Source: Desulfatiglandales bacterium
GTDB taxonomy: Bacteria > Desulfobacterota > DSM-4660 > Desulfatiglandales > HGW-15
Assembly: GCA_963667015.2 (NCBI GenBank)
Contig: CAXXJJ010000004.1
Location: 4,064,001-4,128,000 of the forward strand
Length of the DNA: 64,000 nt
Direction of reading: 5' to 3'
This document shows positions 1 to 11,260 of this stretch, one piece after another. A program made the position numbers and the translations under genes. Numbering within the stretch: the stretch's first letter is position 1; every line of letters starts with the position of its first letter. The notes below the pieces were generated by a model. The model was not told the DNA's origin and searched no databases. It was given only the letters and a program-made list of their open reading frames with translations.

Positions 1-222
1 CTTCATTGCGGTATCCAGAACGGTTTCTATTTTAAGAGAAGAGTTAATAAGAGAACTGAATTTTAGAACGGTATTTAATTCACGATAATAGATGTCATCT
101 TTACAGTCGGGCATTTATATCTCCGGAATAGAGGGATTATATTAATAATACCCTTTTTTAAGATAGCTGGCAAATATACAGAACCCTGTTAAAGGGGATA
201 GTTGTGTCATACTCTGCTATTA

Positions 223-1032
223 TTAGAGATTAAAACTTACTGAAGCCGGAGGTAAAAGATGAGAGATCGGAACCATGGATATGTTTGTTGAGTTTAGTTC
301 CTGAATAAACAGGTTGACCATTTTTGCCGTTTCAGGAAGTGGATGACCAATGCCTATAGCCTGGCCATGTTTTAATGCACGTAGTTTGAGTTTTTTAAGC
401 TGCGTGTGTATGAAATTCTCATTCGGAATATTATCAATAAAAACATTTCTTCGGACAGTAGAGATATGCATTGTCTTTGCTGTGTTATACCCCGTTGATC
501 TACTGGTGGTAAGGCTGTCAACAAAAAACAAACCCTCATCACGTACGACCGATAGAGCCTTTTTCATTTCTGTCCCACATGCAGTAAACCGGGAACCCAT
601 GTGGTTGTTTATGCCTGTAACATAGGGGGTTTCGGAGATGTTCTCTTTAATTATGTCTGTGATCTTATCCGGAGGGTCTTCTACAAATAATGCACCTGGC
701 CCGGGATCAATGGTTGGATCAAGTGGTTCCATTGGCTGGTGAAGCATTACCTCATGTCCCTCGCCATGAATTTTTTGAGCAAGAAAGCAGGATTTGCGAA
801 GTTTGGGAAGGATAGAAAAAGTAAAAGGCGCACCGATGTCTAGAAAGCGGTCCAGACGGGATTCGCTGAAACCAATATCGTCAATTATCAGGGCTATCTG
901 AGGATTATTGATAGCACATGGGTCTGCATAGGTCTTTGACCAGCACCTTAAACCCAGCAGGCTGCCGGTTAAAAATAAAGCACTTTTAAGTAAAAAGTCC
1001 CGCCTTTTCATCCCCGCGCGTTTATCTGGCAT
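223..1032 (-). CDS. Divergent polysaccharide deacetylase family protein (YibQ-like) with Tat-like N-terminus
   Basis: IIDDIG, MLHQPMEP, GINNHMGS, FVDSLT and AIGIGHP motifs; KRRDFL twin-arginine-like motif. Confidence 0.85.
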   Translation of the reverse strand: MPDKRAGMKRRDFLLKSALFLTGSLLGLRCWSKTYADPCAINNPQIALIIDDIGFSESRLDRFLDIGAPFTFSILPKLRKSCFLAQKIHGEGHEVMLHQPMEPLDPTIDPGPGALFVEDPPDKITDIIKENISETPYVTGINNHMGSRFTACGTEMKKALSVVRDEGLFFVDSLTTSRSTGYNTAKTMHISTVRRNVFIDNIPNENFIHTQLKKLKLRALKHGQAIGIGHPLPETAKMVNLFIQELNSTNISMVPISHLLPPASVSFNL

Positions 1033-1182
1033 AAAGTTACCTTATAGTTGAAAGCAAAATGAAGAAGTTGAATTTTTGTACAATAATTGGTGGTGTTGGT
1101 CAAGATTAAACCTGTATATTGTATTATGGAAAGTAAACAGAGTTAAAAACCGGGCGGAGATGTCCGCCGGTTGACAATATTC

Positions 1183-1536
1183 TCAGGCAATAATATCTAA
1201 TATGGATCCAAGCATTTCTTCCCGGGTTTTAATAACCGTCAGGTTTGCCTCGAATCCCCTTTGATCTGTTATCGTTCCGGGGATCTCTTCAGTCAAATCG
1301 ACGTTTGAAGGCTGTGCTTCAGAGGCATTTCCTTCATGATTAATTGATTGCAAGTCATTATCGGGATCTACCTTTCGAATTTCTGTCTTTACCCCGCCGT
1401 TTTCTTCTTCCGTGTATATGGCCCGGCTTTTTTTGAAATTTTCTGATTCCGAGTTGGCTATATTATTGGCCTTTACACTGAGACCGGTTCCAAAGGCCTT
1501 CAAAGCAGATAAGTTATTGCTAATTGAAGATATCAT
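1183..1536 (-). CDS. Small flagellar basal-body rod-domain protein
   Basis: ANNIAN N-terminal motif and SNVDLTEE...FEANLTVIKTREEMLGSILDI C-terminal motif. Confidence 0.8.
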   Translation of the reverse strand: MISSISNNLSALKAFGTGLSVKANNIANSESENFKKSRAIYTEEENGGVKTEIRKVDPDNDLQSINHEGNASEAQPSNVDLTEEIPGTITDQRGFEANLTVIKTREEMLGSILDIIA

Positions 1537-1583
1537 ATGTTACTCCTGCATAATATTTCCGCACCTAAAACAGACCAGAATAT

Positions 1584-1611
1584 ACATCGGTCAATCTCAC
1601 CTTTTTCTTTA
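1584..1611 (-). promoter_or_regulatory. Putative sigma28 (FliA) promoter
   Basis: Minus strand TAAA-N16-ACCGATGT upstream of a flagellar rod-domain gene. Confidence 0.4.
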
Positions 1612-1768
1612 ATCCGCATGCAAATTTTGAAATAATAAGCCTCTGTAATCGGTAAAAAATTTGACCACCAACATGTCCTGAAACAATATGAATTTTTTTG
1701 CAAAGGGTAGTAAGATATGGTAGTTATGACATAAATGCTATTATCCTCCGTATGAAGGCGTATATTAA

Positions 1769-2359
1769 ATGAAAAAAGGAAATAACTGGAATGATCACTA
1801 TACTCAGCGGGCAAAGGAGGAGAAATGGCTTGCCAGATCAGTCTACAAGCTTGAAGAGATCGACAGGAAGCAAAGACTGATAAAAAATGGCGATCGAATT
1901 ATGGACCTGGGCTGTTATCCGGGCTCATGGTCCCAGTATCTCCTTAACAAGGTGGGCAAAAAGGGGGAAGTGATCGGTATTGATTTATACGTCCCACAGA
2001 AGATTTCTGCCCCGAATTTCACATTTATTAAAGGAGATATCCTCAACCTTGAAACAGAGCAGATATCAGAGAAGGTGGGGGAAATAGATCTGCTTTTAAG
2101 TGATATGGCTCCAAAAACAACCGGTAATAACATAACCGATTGTGCAAGATCTCTGGAACTTGCATATAAGGCACTTGAAATTGCTGCTATACTGCTCAGA
2201 AAAAACCGTCATTTTTTATGCAAGGTTTTTGAGGGTGAGGATTTTAACGAATTTAAAGATCAGGTTTTAAAATATTTTGAGCAGGTCAAACTTGTTCGTC
2301 CTGCGGCAGTAAGGAAAAGAAGCCGCGAGATTTATCTGCTCGGATTAAAAAAGATATAA
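1769..2359 (+). CDS. rlmE: 23S rRNA Um2552 methyltransferase
   Basis: [27 protein letters not shown] and SREIYL motifs. Confidence 0.92.
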   Translation: MKKGNNWNDHYTQRAKEEKWLARSVYKLEEIDRKQRLIKNGDRIMDLGCYPGSWSQYLLNKVGKKGEVIGIDLYVPQKISAPNFTFIKGDILNLETEQISEKVGEIDLLLSDMAPKTTGNNITDCARSLELAYKALEIAAILLRKNRHFLCKVFEGEDFNEFKDQVLKYFEQVKLVRPAAVRKRSREIYLLGLKKI

Positions 2360-2385
2360 ATAACAGTTACTTTAGGAGGCAACAG

Positions 2386-3132
2386 ATGTCAGGACATAAT
2401 AAGTGGAGTTCTATAAAGCATAAAAAAGGCGCAGCAGATGCAAAAAGGGGAAGAATTTTCACCCGCCTGATAAAGGAAATAACAGTCGCAGCCAGGATGG
2501 GAGGCGGTGACCCGGATGGAAACCCGCGCCTGAGATCTGCTATAATGGCAGCAAAAACAGAAAATATGCCAAAGGACAATATTGAAAGGGCCATCAAGAA
2601 GGGAACCGGCGAACTTGAAGGTGTAAGCTATGACGAAATAACCTATGAGGGATATGGCCCGGGAGGTGTTGCCATGCTTGTTGAGTGCCTTACGGACAAT
2701 AAAAACAGGACTGTTGCCGATATTAAATATATATTTGACCGTCATGCCGGAAATCTGGGTGAACCCGGCTGTGTGGCCTGGATATTTGATAAAAAGGGAT
2801 TGATCTTTTTTGATGGTGACAAGGTTGATGAAGAAAAGCTTCTGGATGTTGCCCTTGAGGCTGGTGCGGATGATGTTAAAGAGGAAGACGGAGGGTTTGA
2901 GGTTTTAATCCCACCATCTGATTTTGAAGCAGTAAAACAGGCCTTTGATGATGCAGGACTGGAATACAGTGTTGCTGAGGTAAGCATGATCCCCCAGAAT
3001 ACTGTAAAGCTGGAGGGAAAAAAGGCTGAACAGATGCTCAACCTTATGGAGGCCCTGGAAGATAATGATGATGTAAATAATGTCTATGCAAACTTTGATA
3101 TCCCGGATGAAGTAATGGAGGCCATAGGCTGA
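2386..3132 (+). CDS. yebC: YebC/PmpR family protein
   Basis: [22 protein letters not shown] and TDNKNRT; lies upstream of ruvC. Confidence 0.96.
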   Translation: MSGHNKWSSIKHKKGAADAKRGRIFTRLIKEITVAARMGGGDPDGNPRLRSAIMAAKTENMPKDNIERAIKKGTGELEGVSYDEITYEGYGPGGVAMLVECLTDNKNRTVADIKYIFDRHAGNLGEPGCVAWIFDKKGLIFFDGDKVDEEKLLDVALEAGADDVKEEDGGFEVLIPPSDFEAVKQAFDDAGLEYSVAEVSMIPQNTVKLEGKKAEQMLNLMEALEDNDDVNNVYANFDIPDEVMEAIG

Positions 3133-3614
3133 TGCTTGTGCTGGGGGTTGATCCCGGCTCCAGAATTACCGGTTACGGCCTTTTACAAAAAAAGAATAAC
3201 GTTATTACCCGTGTTGCATCAGGCACAATAGAATCACCGGGGAGTGTTCCCTTTTACGACAGGATATATAAAATCTTTACAGGCATGGTTGATATTATGG
3301 AACAGTATCAGCCGGATGAAATGGCCATAGAGGATGTGTTTTTTGCAAAGAATGTAAAGAGCAGTCTGAAGCTGGGCCATGCAAGGGGCGCGGCATTGAT
3401 AGCTGCTGTAAAATGTAATGTCAGGATTCATGAATATACACCCCTGGAAATAAAGCAGTCTGTTGTGGGTTACGGCCGGGCGACAAAGGATCAGGTCAGG
3501 GCAATGGTTCAGATGATTTTGAAGCTGCCTTCAAAGCTTGGTCCGGATACCTCCGATGCAATTGCTGCGGCAGTATGTCACCTGAACTGGACAAGGTATG
3601 AGAAAAAGAAATGA
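3132..3614 (+). CDS. ruvC: Holliday junction resolvase RuvC
   Basis: LGVDPGSRITGYG, LGHARG, G.A.KDQV and D..DA motifs. Confidence 0.95.
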   Translation: MLVLGVDPGSRITGYGLLQKKNNVITRVASGTIESPGSVPFYDRIYKIFTGMVDIMEQYQPDEMAIEDVFFAKNVKSSLKLGHARGAALIAAVKCNVRIHEYTPLEIKQSVVGYGRATKDQVRAMVQMILKLPSKLGPDTSDAIAAAVCHLNWTRYEKKK

Positions 3615-4216
3615 TTGCTCATTTGAAAGGCCACTTATTAAGCAAGTCCACAGATACCATTATTATAGATAACAACGGGCTGGGGTATGAGGTATTTGTA
3701 CCCCTTTCCACCTATTATACACTGCCGGATGAAGACGGACAGGAAGTAAGCCTTCATATTCATACCCATGTACGAGAGGATGCCTTTGTACTTTTTGGTT
3801 TTAAAACAATCCTTGAAAAGAAGATCTTCCGGCTGCTCATCTCTGTTTCTGGTATCGGGCCTAAGCTTGCAATAAATATTTTATCAGGCATCGGGCCTGA
3901 CTCCCTGCTGGAGGCCATTGCCCAGGGTGATGTGGCAAGGCTTCAGTCGATTCCGGGTGTTGGCAAAAAGACGGCAGAAAGAATATCCCTTGAGCTTAAG
4001 GATAAGGCTCAATCCGCCAGATCTGATTCTAACCTGCCGCCGGTTAAGGTAACCTCCGATGAAGATAAAGAATTAAGGGATGATGCTCTGTCAGCACTTG
4101 TTAATCTGGGCTATTCATCAAAGGCTGCCGGAAAGGCCGTGGATAAGGCATTATCCATGCCCTGTGAAGCAACCCTTGAAATAATTATCACAGAGGCATT
4201 GAAGGCTCTTGCCTGA
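3611..4216 (+). CDS. ruvA: Holliday junction branch migration protein RuvA
   Basis: [24 protein letters not shown] and ALVNLGY motifs. Confidence 0.95.
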   Translation: MIAHLKGHLLSKSTDTIIIDNNGLGYEVFVPLSTYYTLPDEDGQEVSLHIHTHVREDAFVLFGFKTILEKKIFRLLISVSGIGPKLAINILSGIGPDSLLEAIAQGDVARLQSIPGVGKKTAERISLELKDKAQSARSDSNLPPVKVTSDEDKELRDDALSALVNLGYSSKAAGKAVDKALSMPCEATLEIIITEALKALA

Positions 4217-4230
4217 TAACTTTAATACGG

Positions 4231-5274
4231 ATGGACATGGATAACGTTAATGATAGAATAATAGACCCCGAGCTGCAGGATGATGAGATTCCGGCGGAGA
4301 CCAGTCTGAGGCCCACATGTTTTGATGAATATATCGGCCAGGCCGAGGCAAAAAGGAATCTCAAGGTCTATATTGAAGCAGCAAAGGGCCGTTCAGATGC
4401 CCTTGATCATGTCCTGTTCCATGGATCTCCGGGTCTTGGGAAGACTTCCATTGCAAATGTCATTGCCCATGAGCTTGGAGTAAATATCATCAGCACCTCA
4501 GGCCCGGTAATAGAGCGTCCCGGGGATCTTGCCGCAATACTTACAAGCCTGCAGCCAAGGGACGTGCTTTTTATTGACGAGGTCCACAGGCTTAACCATG
4601 TTGTTGAGGAGATTCTCTATCCGGCAATGGAGGACTTTCAGCTGGATATAATAATCGGCCAGGGTCCTTCTGCACGCACAATGAAGATACCCCTTCATCC
4701 CTTTACCCTTGTGGGAGCAACAACACGTACGGGCCTTCTTACCCCTCCCCTGAGGGATCGGTTTGGCGTGATTCAGAGGGTTGAATTTTATTCTGACGAT
4801 GAACTCAAACAGATTATAACAAGGTCGGCCTCTATCCTTAATATCCCCATACAGGAAGACGGTGCCATGGAAATAGCCAGAAGGTCAAGGGGGACACCAA
4901 GGGTCGCCAATCGAATCCTAAGGCGCGTGAGGGATTTTGCCCAGGTTGAAGGTGATGGTGTCATAACAAAAGAGGTGTCAATGCATGCCCTCAATATGCT
5001 GAATGTGGATGAACTTGGCCTGGATAAGATGGACAGGAATATCATGCTCACCATAATCAATAATTATGACGGAGGCCCTATAGGCCTTGATACCCTTGCG
5101 GCGGCGGTATGTGAAGAAAAGGATACCATAGAGGATGTGTATGAACCTTTTTTGATACAAAAGGGTTTTATAAAAAGAACCCCAAGGGGAAGGGTTGCAA
5201 CCAGACCAGCCTACAATTATTTTAAAGTAGAATTCAAGGGCGATAAAGAGGAGACACAGAAAAGACTTTTTTAA
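4231..5274 (+). CDS. ruvB: Holliday junction helicase RuvB
   Basis: [31 protein letters not shown] and RTPRGR motifs. Confidence 0.97.
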   Translation: MDMDNVNDRIIDPELQDDEIPAETSLRPTCFDEYIGQAEAKRNLKVYIEAAKGRSDALDHVLFHGSPGLGKTSIANVIAHELGVNIISTSGPVIERPGDLAAILTSLQPRDVLFIDEVHRLNHVVEEILYPAMEDFQLDIIIGQGPSARTMKIPLHPFTLVGATTRTGLLTPPLRDRFGVIQRVEFYSDDELKQIITRSASILNIPIQEDGAMEIARRSRGTPRVANRILRRVRDFAQVEGDGVITKEVSMHALNMLNVDELGLDKMDRNIMLTIINNYDGGPIGLDTLAAAVCEEKDTIEDVYEPFLIQKGFIKRTPRGRVATRPAYNYFKVEFKGDKEETQKRLF

Positions 5275-5334
5275 TTTGGTCAGAGGGTATAAAATAGCAT
5301 TTAATTATCTACATTTTAAAAAAGGAGCAATACT

Positions 5335-6705
5335 ATTTCTGATTTTTCCCAAAACCAGAGCCAGATAACCACCTTTCATATTTTAAAACAGGACAGGAAA
5401 CACCTGAGAAACCAGCTAAGGCTTTATTCCAAGTGGAAAAAAACTGTTCTCATCCTTCCGCTGCTTGCAAGCGAATACACAAAACCTGAAAACCTGCCGG
5501 TTTTTGAGAACATTCTCAAACAGCTTAAGGATATCAGCTACTTATCTGATATTATTTTCGGCCTGGACAGCGCAACAGAAAAGGATGTGATTCAGCTTAG
5601 AGACCTTATCGATAAATACAAGATAAAAAATCATCTTATTCAATGGAATGACGGTCCGGGATTTAAGAGTATATATAACAAACTGAACGATGCCGGCTTT
5701 AAATTAAGCGAACCTGGCAAGGGAAAGAACATGTTTCTCAGTTTTGGAATTGCCATTGCCCTTGGAGCAGAATCCGTTGGTCTGATAGATGCAGACATCA
5801 GGACGTTTAAAAGGACCCAGCTTGATCGTCTATTCTATCCTGTGGTTGTTCTTAATTATGACTTTTCAAAGGCATATTATTCCAGAATAATGGATAAGGC
5901 GTTGTATGGCCGTGTAAAGAGACTGCTGCTGGATCCCCTTCTTCTTGCGCTCAAGAGAAAATTTGCTGAAAGCCGTGAAGAAAAAATGCTTAAACTCATT
6001 GATTTTCTTCTGGGCTTTAATTACCAGCTTTCCGGAGAAGTGGTCTTTCATGTAGATCTGTTAAAAAAAATGCGGTTTGCAACCAACTGGGGGGTTGAGA
6101 TTTTTACCCTCATAGAAGTCTTCAGAAAGGCATCCTCCCCTGCCCAGGTAATGTTTTCAAGGGAACCCTTTGATCACAAGCATCAGGAGGTTTCAAAGGA
6201 AGACAAGGCCAGGGGCCTTAACCGTATGGCAGTAGATATAGTAACCACCCTGATGAACGCCCTTGTAATAGAGGAAGGGCTTGAGATATCGGAGACATTT
6301 TTCAGGGATCTGGCCATAACCTACCAGGCGGTAGCCGAGGAGCAGATAAAAAAATATTCTGATGATGCAGGCTTCAGCAATCTCAAACATGACAGGGATT
6401 ACGAAGAGATAATGGTAAAGGATGTCTTTAGAAACTCTATTTTAACCGCAGGAGAACTTTTAAGCGCACCCTACAGGATGACAGAAAAATTCTTAAGATT
6501 TGTCAATACCCATCCCGAATTTAAGCCCTTTCTTGAAAAGGGGCTGGCAGAAACCATTCTCGAGGTAGAAAGCAAGGCACAGCAGAGTATTTTTGAATTT
6601 CCCCAGACAGTGTCCTGGGAGAGGGTATATAATAAACTCCCGGGAATATCCTATGAACTCATTGAAGTTGTTGAGCAGGAGAAACACCGGTTCTCTCGAA
6701 AATAA
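5335..6705 (+). CDS. Glucosyl/mannosyl-3-phosphoglycerate synthase-like glycosyltransferase (probable ATT start)
   Basis: GKGKN, DADI, YGRVKRL, YQLSGE, WGVEI and DHKHQ motifs; the frame is open 84 codons upstream of the tracked GTG (5587) to an ATT at 5335 with SD AAGGAG. Confidence 0.8.
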   Translation: MSDFSQNQSQITTFHILKQDRKHLRNQLRLYSKWKKTVLILPLLASEYTKPENLPVFENILKQLKDISYLSDIIFGLDSATEKDVIQLRDLIDKYKIKNHLIQWNDGPGFKSIYNKLNDAGFKLSEPGKGKNMFLSFGIAIALGAESVGLIDADIRTFKRTQLDRLFYPVVVLNYDFSKAYYSRIMDKALYGRVKRLLLDPLLLALKRKFAESREEKMLKLIDFLLGFNYQLSGEVVFHVDLLKKMRFATNWGVEIFTLIEVFRKASSPAQVMFSREPFDHKHQEVSKEDKARGLNRMAVDIVTTLMNALVIEEGLEISETFFRDLAITYQAVAEEQIKKYSDDAGFSNLKHDRDYEEIMVKDVFRNSILTAGELLSAPYRMTEKFLRFVNTHPEFKPFLEKGLAETILEVESKAQQSIFEFPQTVSWERVYNKLPGISYELIEVVEQEKHRFSRK

Positions 6706-6727
6706 GTCCGCCAGGTTGATATTACGT

Positions 6728-7600
6728 ATGTCCTACACCGAAAAAAATGGAGCAGGTTTACCTTTTTTAATCTTTACAGATCTGGACGATACGCTTCTTG
6801 ATCACAATACATATAAATGGGAAAAGGCCGAAGAAGCCCTTGACTACTGTATTAAAGCCGGCATACCTGTAATTCTTGTTTCAAGTAAAACACGGGCTGA
6901 AATCCAGGTCATACACAGGGCAATGAACCTTGATTTTCCATTCATTTCAGAAAACGGCGGGGGGATTTTTTTCCCTTTGAGCTATGAAAAAGATTTAACC
7001 GGAAGAGAGTTTTGCATATCGAAAGGGCTTATTAAGATTACCCTTGGGGAGCCTTACAGTGATCTGGTCGAACATTTAAAAGAGATATCGGCTGATACAG
7101 GAATAAAGCTCAGGGGTTTTTCACAGATGAGTCAAAAGGAGGTAATGGATCTCACAGGACTGTCTGAGGATCAATATGCGCAGGCGCTTGATCGGGAATT
7201 TGATGAACCCTTTATTGTTGCCGGCCCGGAGGACATTGATACTGCACCCCTGTATGAATCTGCAGTTAAAAGAGGTCTGAGGATTTCAGAGGGCGGGCGC
7301 TTCTTTCACCTCCATGGCGATAGTGACAAGGGAAGAGCAACCGACTGGCTTATTTCATTCTTTAAAAAACAGAATGGACCGGTTTATTCCATAGCACTTG
7401 GAGACAGCCCAAATGATTTCGGGATGTTTGATGTTGTTAATCAGCCTGTGCTGATAAAGTCTGCAAGACGTTTTACCGATATAAATATTAAGGCGAGGTA
7501 TCCGGGTATAATAATCACTGATAAAAATGGTCCCGAGGGCTGGAACGAAGCAGTTTTGGGACTGCTAAGAACAGAAAGGGAGGTTTTATCTGATGTTTGA
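6728..7600 (+). CDS. Mannosyl/glucosyl-3-phosphoglycerate phosphatase (HAD-IIB, MpgP/YedP-like)
   Basis: FTDLDDTLLD, SSKTRAE, FISENG, GGRFFHL, DKG, ALGDSPND and GPEGW; start moved to ATG 6728 to avoid overlap. Confidence 0.88.
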   Translation: MSYTEKNGAGLPFLIFTDLDDTLLDHNTYKWEKAEEALDYCIKAGIPVILVSSKTRAEIQVIHRAMNLDFPFISENGGGIFFPLSYEKDLTGREFCISKGLIKITLGEPYSDLVEHLKEISADTGIKLRGFSQMSQKEVMDLTGLSEDQYAQALDREFDEPFIVAGPEDIDTAPLYESAVKRGLRISEGGRFFHLHGDSDKGRATDWLISFFKKQNGPVYSIALGDSPNDFGMFDVVNQPVLIKSARRFTDINIKARYPGIIITDKNGPEGWNEAVLGLLRTEREVLSDV

Positions 7601-8804
7601 AAGTGAAGTAAGTCCAGATAATATCACGAAGGCAGATCTGGTCGTAAGCATTCCATCCTATAATGAAGCGGACTCAATAGCCTTTCCCACACAACAGGCA
7701 GGTATTGGCATTAAAAAATATTTTTCCGATAAACAGGCGGTTATTATCAACTGTGACAATAATTCTCCAGACAATACAAAGCAGGCGTTTCTGGAAACCG
7801 AGACAGGTGTTCCAAAGATATATATCTCCACACCCCCGGAAGTTAAGGGCAAGGGTAATAATTTTATTAACCTGTTTAAAAAGGTGATTGAACTTCAGGC
7901 AAAGGCAATAGTCGTTGTTGACGCCGACCTGAAAAGCATCACCCCTGAATGGATCAAACATCTAGGAGAGCCTCTCTTTAATGGCTTTTCATATATTGCT
8001 CCACTTTACATAAGGCATAAATATGACGGCACAATAACCAACGGGATTGCATATCCCCTGTCGAGGGCACTCTATGGGAGAAGGGTTCGCCAGCCCATAG
8101 GCGGAGACTTCGGCTTCAGTGGAAAACTTGCAAAGGCTTATCTTGAAAGTGATGTATGGGATGATGCAACCGCAAATTTCGGCATTGATATCTGGATGAC
8201 CACCCTTGCCTTTAATCAGCGTGTACAGGTATGTCAATCTTTTATGGGCCGGCCGAAGATACACAGACCAAAGGATCCGGCAGCATCGCTCGGGCCTATG
8301 TTCAGAGAAGTGGTCGGTACAATCTTTTCTCTTATGAAGAGCTTTGACAGCAGCTGGCTCAAGGTAAAATACAGCAAACCTACGGCCATATACGGATTCG
8401 GGCTTGGAGAAACCGAGGCCCCGCCAAAGGTGGATGTCGATACTGACAAACTGATTAATAATTTTCATGAAGGATTCATACAGTATGATGAAATCTGGAG
8501 GAAGGTGCTTTCCAGAGACGTTTTTATGAAACTGTATGAAATCAAAGAGATGACAAAGGATGTCTTTGCCTTTCCTACAGACCTGTGGGCAAGGGTCCTT
8601 TATGATTGGGCGGTTGCATACAGAGAATCTGATGATACTGATGCATTAATGGACTCTCTTATTCCGCTATACTTTGGAAAGACATTGTCATTTGTTAAAA
8701 AGACAGAAAAAATGACTATTCAGCAGGCTGAAGCAGCCATAGAAGAAGACTGCATGACCTTTGAAACGACCAAACCATACCTGGTGAGGAAATGGAATAA
8801 ATAA
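7593..8804 (+). CDS. GT2 glycosyltransferase, single-step glucosylglycerate/mannosylglycerate synthase-like
   Basis: IPSYNEA, GKG, DADLKSITPEW, RHKYDGTITN, RQPIGGDF and FGIDIWMT motifs. Confidence 0.78.
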   Translation: MFESEVSPDNITKADLVVSIPSYNEADSIAFPTQQAGIGIKKYFSDKQAVIINCDNNSPDNTKQAFLETETGVPKIYISTPPEVKGKGNNFINLFKKVIELQAKAIVVVDADLKSITPEWIKHLGEPLFNGFSYIAPLYIRHKYDGTITNGIAYPLSRALYGRRVRQPIGGDFGFSGKLAKAYLESDVWDDATANFGIDIWMTTLAFNQRVQVCQSFMGRPKIHRPKDPAASLGPMFREVVGTIFSLMKSFDSSWLKVKYSKPTAIYGFGLGETEAPPKVDVDTDKLINNFHEGFIQYDEIWRKVLSRDVFMKLYEIKEMTKDVFAFPTDLWARVLYDWAVAYRESDDTDALMDSLIPLYFGKTLSFVKKTEKMTIQQAEAAIEEDCMTFETTKPYLVRKWNK

Positions 8805-8833
8805 CAGGCGCAAGGAAAAGCCAAAAGCATATT

Positions 8834-8955
8834 TCTCGCAGAGCCCACAGAGAGCGCAGAGAAAAACAAAAACAATTTATTTTTTAAAAGAGAAACAAAG
8901 CTTTTCTCTGTGGCCTCCGCGGGCTCTAGTGAGCGCAGCGAACGGGCGAGAGAAA
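8834..8955. repeat. REP-like imperfect inverted repeat between convergent genes
   Basis: GCAGAGCCCACAGAGAGCGCAGAGAAAA ... TTTTCTCTGTGGCCTCCGCGGGCTCT. Confidence 0.5.
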
Positions 8956-8960
8956 AATCT

Positions 8961-10322
8961 TTACCTCACTAATATAATCCTCACATCCATCACGTTCGTT
9001 TTTGTCGGACCGGTAACAAGCAGGTCTCCTGTCTGTTTCAGGTAATTGTATGAATCATTATTATTAAAATATTCTGCAGCACTGATTCCGGCGGCCCCTC
9101 CCCTTTTAATGGTAAGGGGGTCAACTATCCCTCCTGCTGCATCGGTAGGGCCGTCGTTACCGTCAGTACCTCCGCTCAGCACAACCACTCTCCCGGGCAT
9201 ATCAGATATGCCCATTGCCGCAACAAGGCAGAACTCCTGGTTTCTTCCTCCCATGCCCTTCCCTTTTATTGTCACGGTGGTCTCTCCCCCTGATATTATG
9301 CAGCATGGTGGAGACAGAGGTCTTCCGGTTTTTACTATTTCTCCTGCTATGGCAGCATGTGCTCCGGCAATATCCTTTGTTTCTCCTTCAATCATTGAGG
9401 ACAAAATCAGGGTTTTATATCCAAGTTTTTGTGCCTCCTTTTCAGCCGCTTCAAGGGCAAGGATATTGCTTCCTATTATCAGGTTGTATACCTTATCAAA
9501 TACAGGATCGCCTTCTTTGGGTGTGTCTTCTATTTTTCCATCCAGTCCGGACTTTAGATGAGCTCGCACCGATTCAGGTATATTATCCAGATTATATTTT
9601 TCTATTATTCCCCAGGCTTCCTTAAAACTGCTCATGTCCGGTACAAAAGGACCGGATGCTATCACATCCATTCTGTCACCAACAACATCCGAAAGCATCA
9701 GGTTGATGGTGGTAGCTGGAAAGGCTGCTCTTGCCATCTGTCCGCCCTTTGTTGATGAAATATGCTTTCTTATACAGTTTATTTCATCAATGCTCGCCCC
9801 GCATTTGAGAAGCTTTTGTGTCATCGCCTGTTTTTCTTCGAGCTTTATATTCCCCGCTGGCTGTGGAAGAAGAGCGGATCCTCCGCCGGAGATAAGAGAA
9901 AAAACAAGATCCTTCTTTCCTGCACTCTCAATAAGTTCGAGGATCTTTTTTGTCCCGGACACACCGTTTGCGTCGGGTAATGGATGGTCGGCCTCTACTG
10001 TTTCTGTGTATGAAAGCTCATCTGTAAAGCCGTATTTTACAACAACCAGTCCCTTTGTAATCCTGTTCCCAAGAAGGTCCTCCATAGCCCTTGCCATAGG
10101 GGCTGTTGCCTTGCCTCCTCCCACGAGGAAGATTTTTTTATAATCATCAATATTTAACATTGCAACCGGTTTTTCCTTTGATCCTATATTAAGGGCGCTG
10201 CCCTCAAGTCGAATGAACCTTTTTACTGCCTCATAGGGGTTGACGGGTTTGAGAGACTCCTTAAAACATTGAATCGCTTCGGACCTCATTTGATCAAGAA
10301 GTTTATCTGATCCGGACACCAT
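8961..10322 (-). CDS. Glycerate kinase (MOFRL / glycerate 2-kinase family)
   Basis: GGGKA, HPLPD, ISGGGSAL, LSDVVGD, IASGP, GGETTV, GGRNQE, GTDGNDG and TGPTKTNVMD motifs. Confidence 0.92.
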   Translation of the reverse strand: MVSGSDKLLDQMRSEAIQCFKESLKPVNPYEAVKRFIRLEGSALNIGSKEKPVAMLNIDDYKKIFLVGGGKATAPMARAMEDLLGNRITKGLVVVKYGFTDELSYTETVEADHPLPDANGVSGTKKILELIESAGKKDLVFSLISGGGSALLPQPAGNIKLEEKQAMTQKLLKCGASIDEINCIRKHISSTKGGQMARAAFPATTINLMLSDVVGDRMDVIASGPFVPDMSSFKEAWGIIEKYNLDNIPESVRAHLKSGLDGKIEDTPKEGDPVFDKVYNLIIGSNILALEAAEKEAQKLGYKTLILSSMIEGETKDIAGAHAAIAGEIVKTGRPLSPPCCIISGGETTVTIKGKGMGGRNQEFCLVAAMGISDMPGRVVVLSGGTDGNDGPTDAAGGIVDPLTIKRGGAAGISAAEYFNNNDSYNYLKQTGDLLVTGPTKTNVMDVRIILVR

Positions 10323-10656
10323 AAATGCCTCCTTTCAAATGGGATTCTGATTACTGAAAAATGGGGGGCGTAACTTAATCCTTGACAATATATCAGGATT
10401 TCCATAGTTATTCTTCCAATCATAATGGGATATTTTTATTAAATCAACTGATTCAAGGGATTTATATTACCCAATATGATTCCGACTCACCAGAGCCGCC
10501 GTATCAAATTTTTTCATAAAAAGACCATCTTTTTTATACAGAATATCTTTTAGTTTATTTTTGTATGAGTAACTGACAGTTTTTAATAATCTTAGATTGT
10601 TTTTAAAGCGGTTATGAATCAATGGTTACCGGTTTTAAAAATATGGGAGGATAATT

Positions 10657-11235
10657 ATGGGTGATTATTTTTCTCAGTATAATGGTGTAGAAATATTTTT
10701 CCTTATTTGTGCTGTTGTCGGCGGCATTTTTGTAATCATAAAATTTATTATGCAGCTTATAGGTCTTGACCACGACGGCGCTAATTTCGATCTGGATGGT
10801 CATGATATTGATCTCGATCATGCTGATTCGGATGCAGGTTTTCATGCCCTTTCTCTTCTAGGAATTTCATCCTTTTTACTGATGTTCGGGCTTGTTGGGC
10901 TGGCGATGTATCGGCAGAGCCACCTGGGGATGATTATATCGTTATTGGGCGCAATACTGGTAGGTTGTGCTTCAGTATGGTTTATCGGAAAGATGTTTAT
11001 ACTTATGAGTAAGATGAAGTCGAGTGGAACCATTACAATCGACAGCACGGTTGGTGCGCAGGGAAAGGTCTACATGAGAATACCGGATAAGGGTACAGGA
11101 AGAATTCTTATTAACGTTAAAAACAGTCTCAGAGAATATGATGCCACTTCAAATGACAGTAAGGCCATTGATACCGGGACGCCTGTAAGGGTTATATGGG
11201 TGGATGGCAACCTGCTTGTAGTGGAAAGAATATAA
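10657..11235 (+). CDS. NfeD-like membrane protein, partner of flotillin
   Basis: Three transmembrane segments and a C-terminal OB-like domain (G.VY..IP..G.G); upstream of an SPFH gene. Confidence 0.75.
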   Translation: MGDYFSQYNGVEIFFLICAVVGGIFVIIKFIMQLIGLDHDGANFDLDGHDIDLDHADSDAGFHALSLLGISSFLLMFGLVGLAMYRQSHLGMIISLLGAILVGCASVWFIGKMFILMSKMKSSGTITIDSTVGAQGKVYMRIPDKGTGRILINVKNSLREYDATSNDSKAIDTGTPVRVIWVDGNLLVVERI

Positions 11236-11260
11236 TCATTTAAAGGGAAGGAGAGTTACA

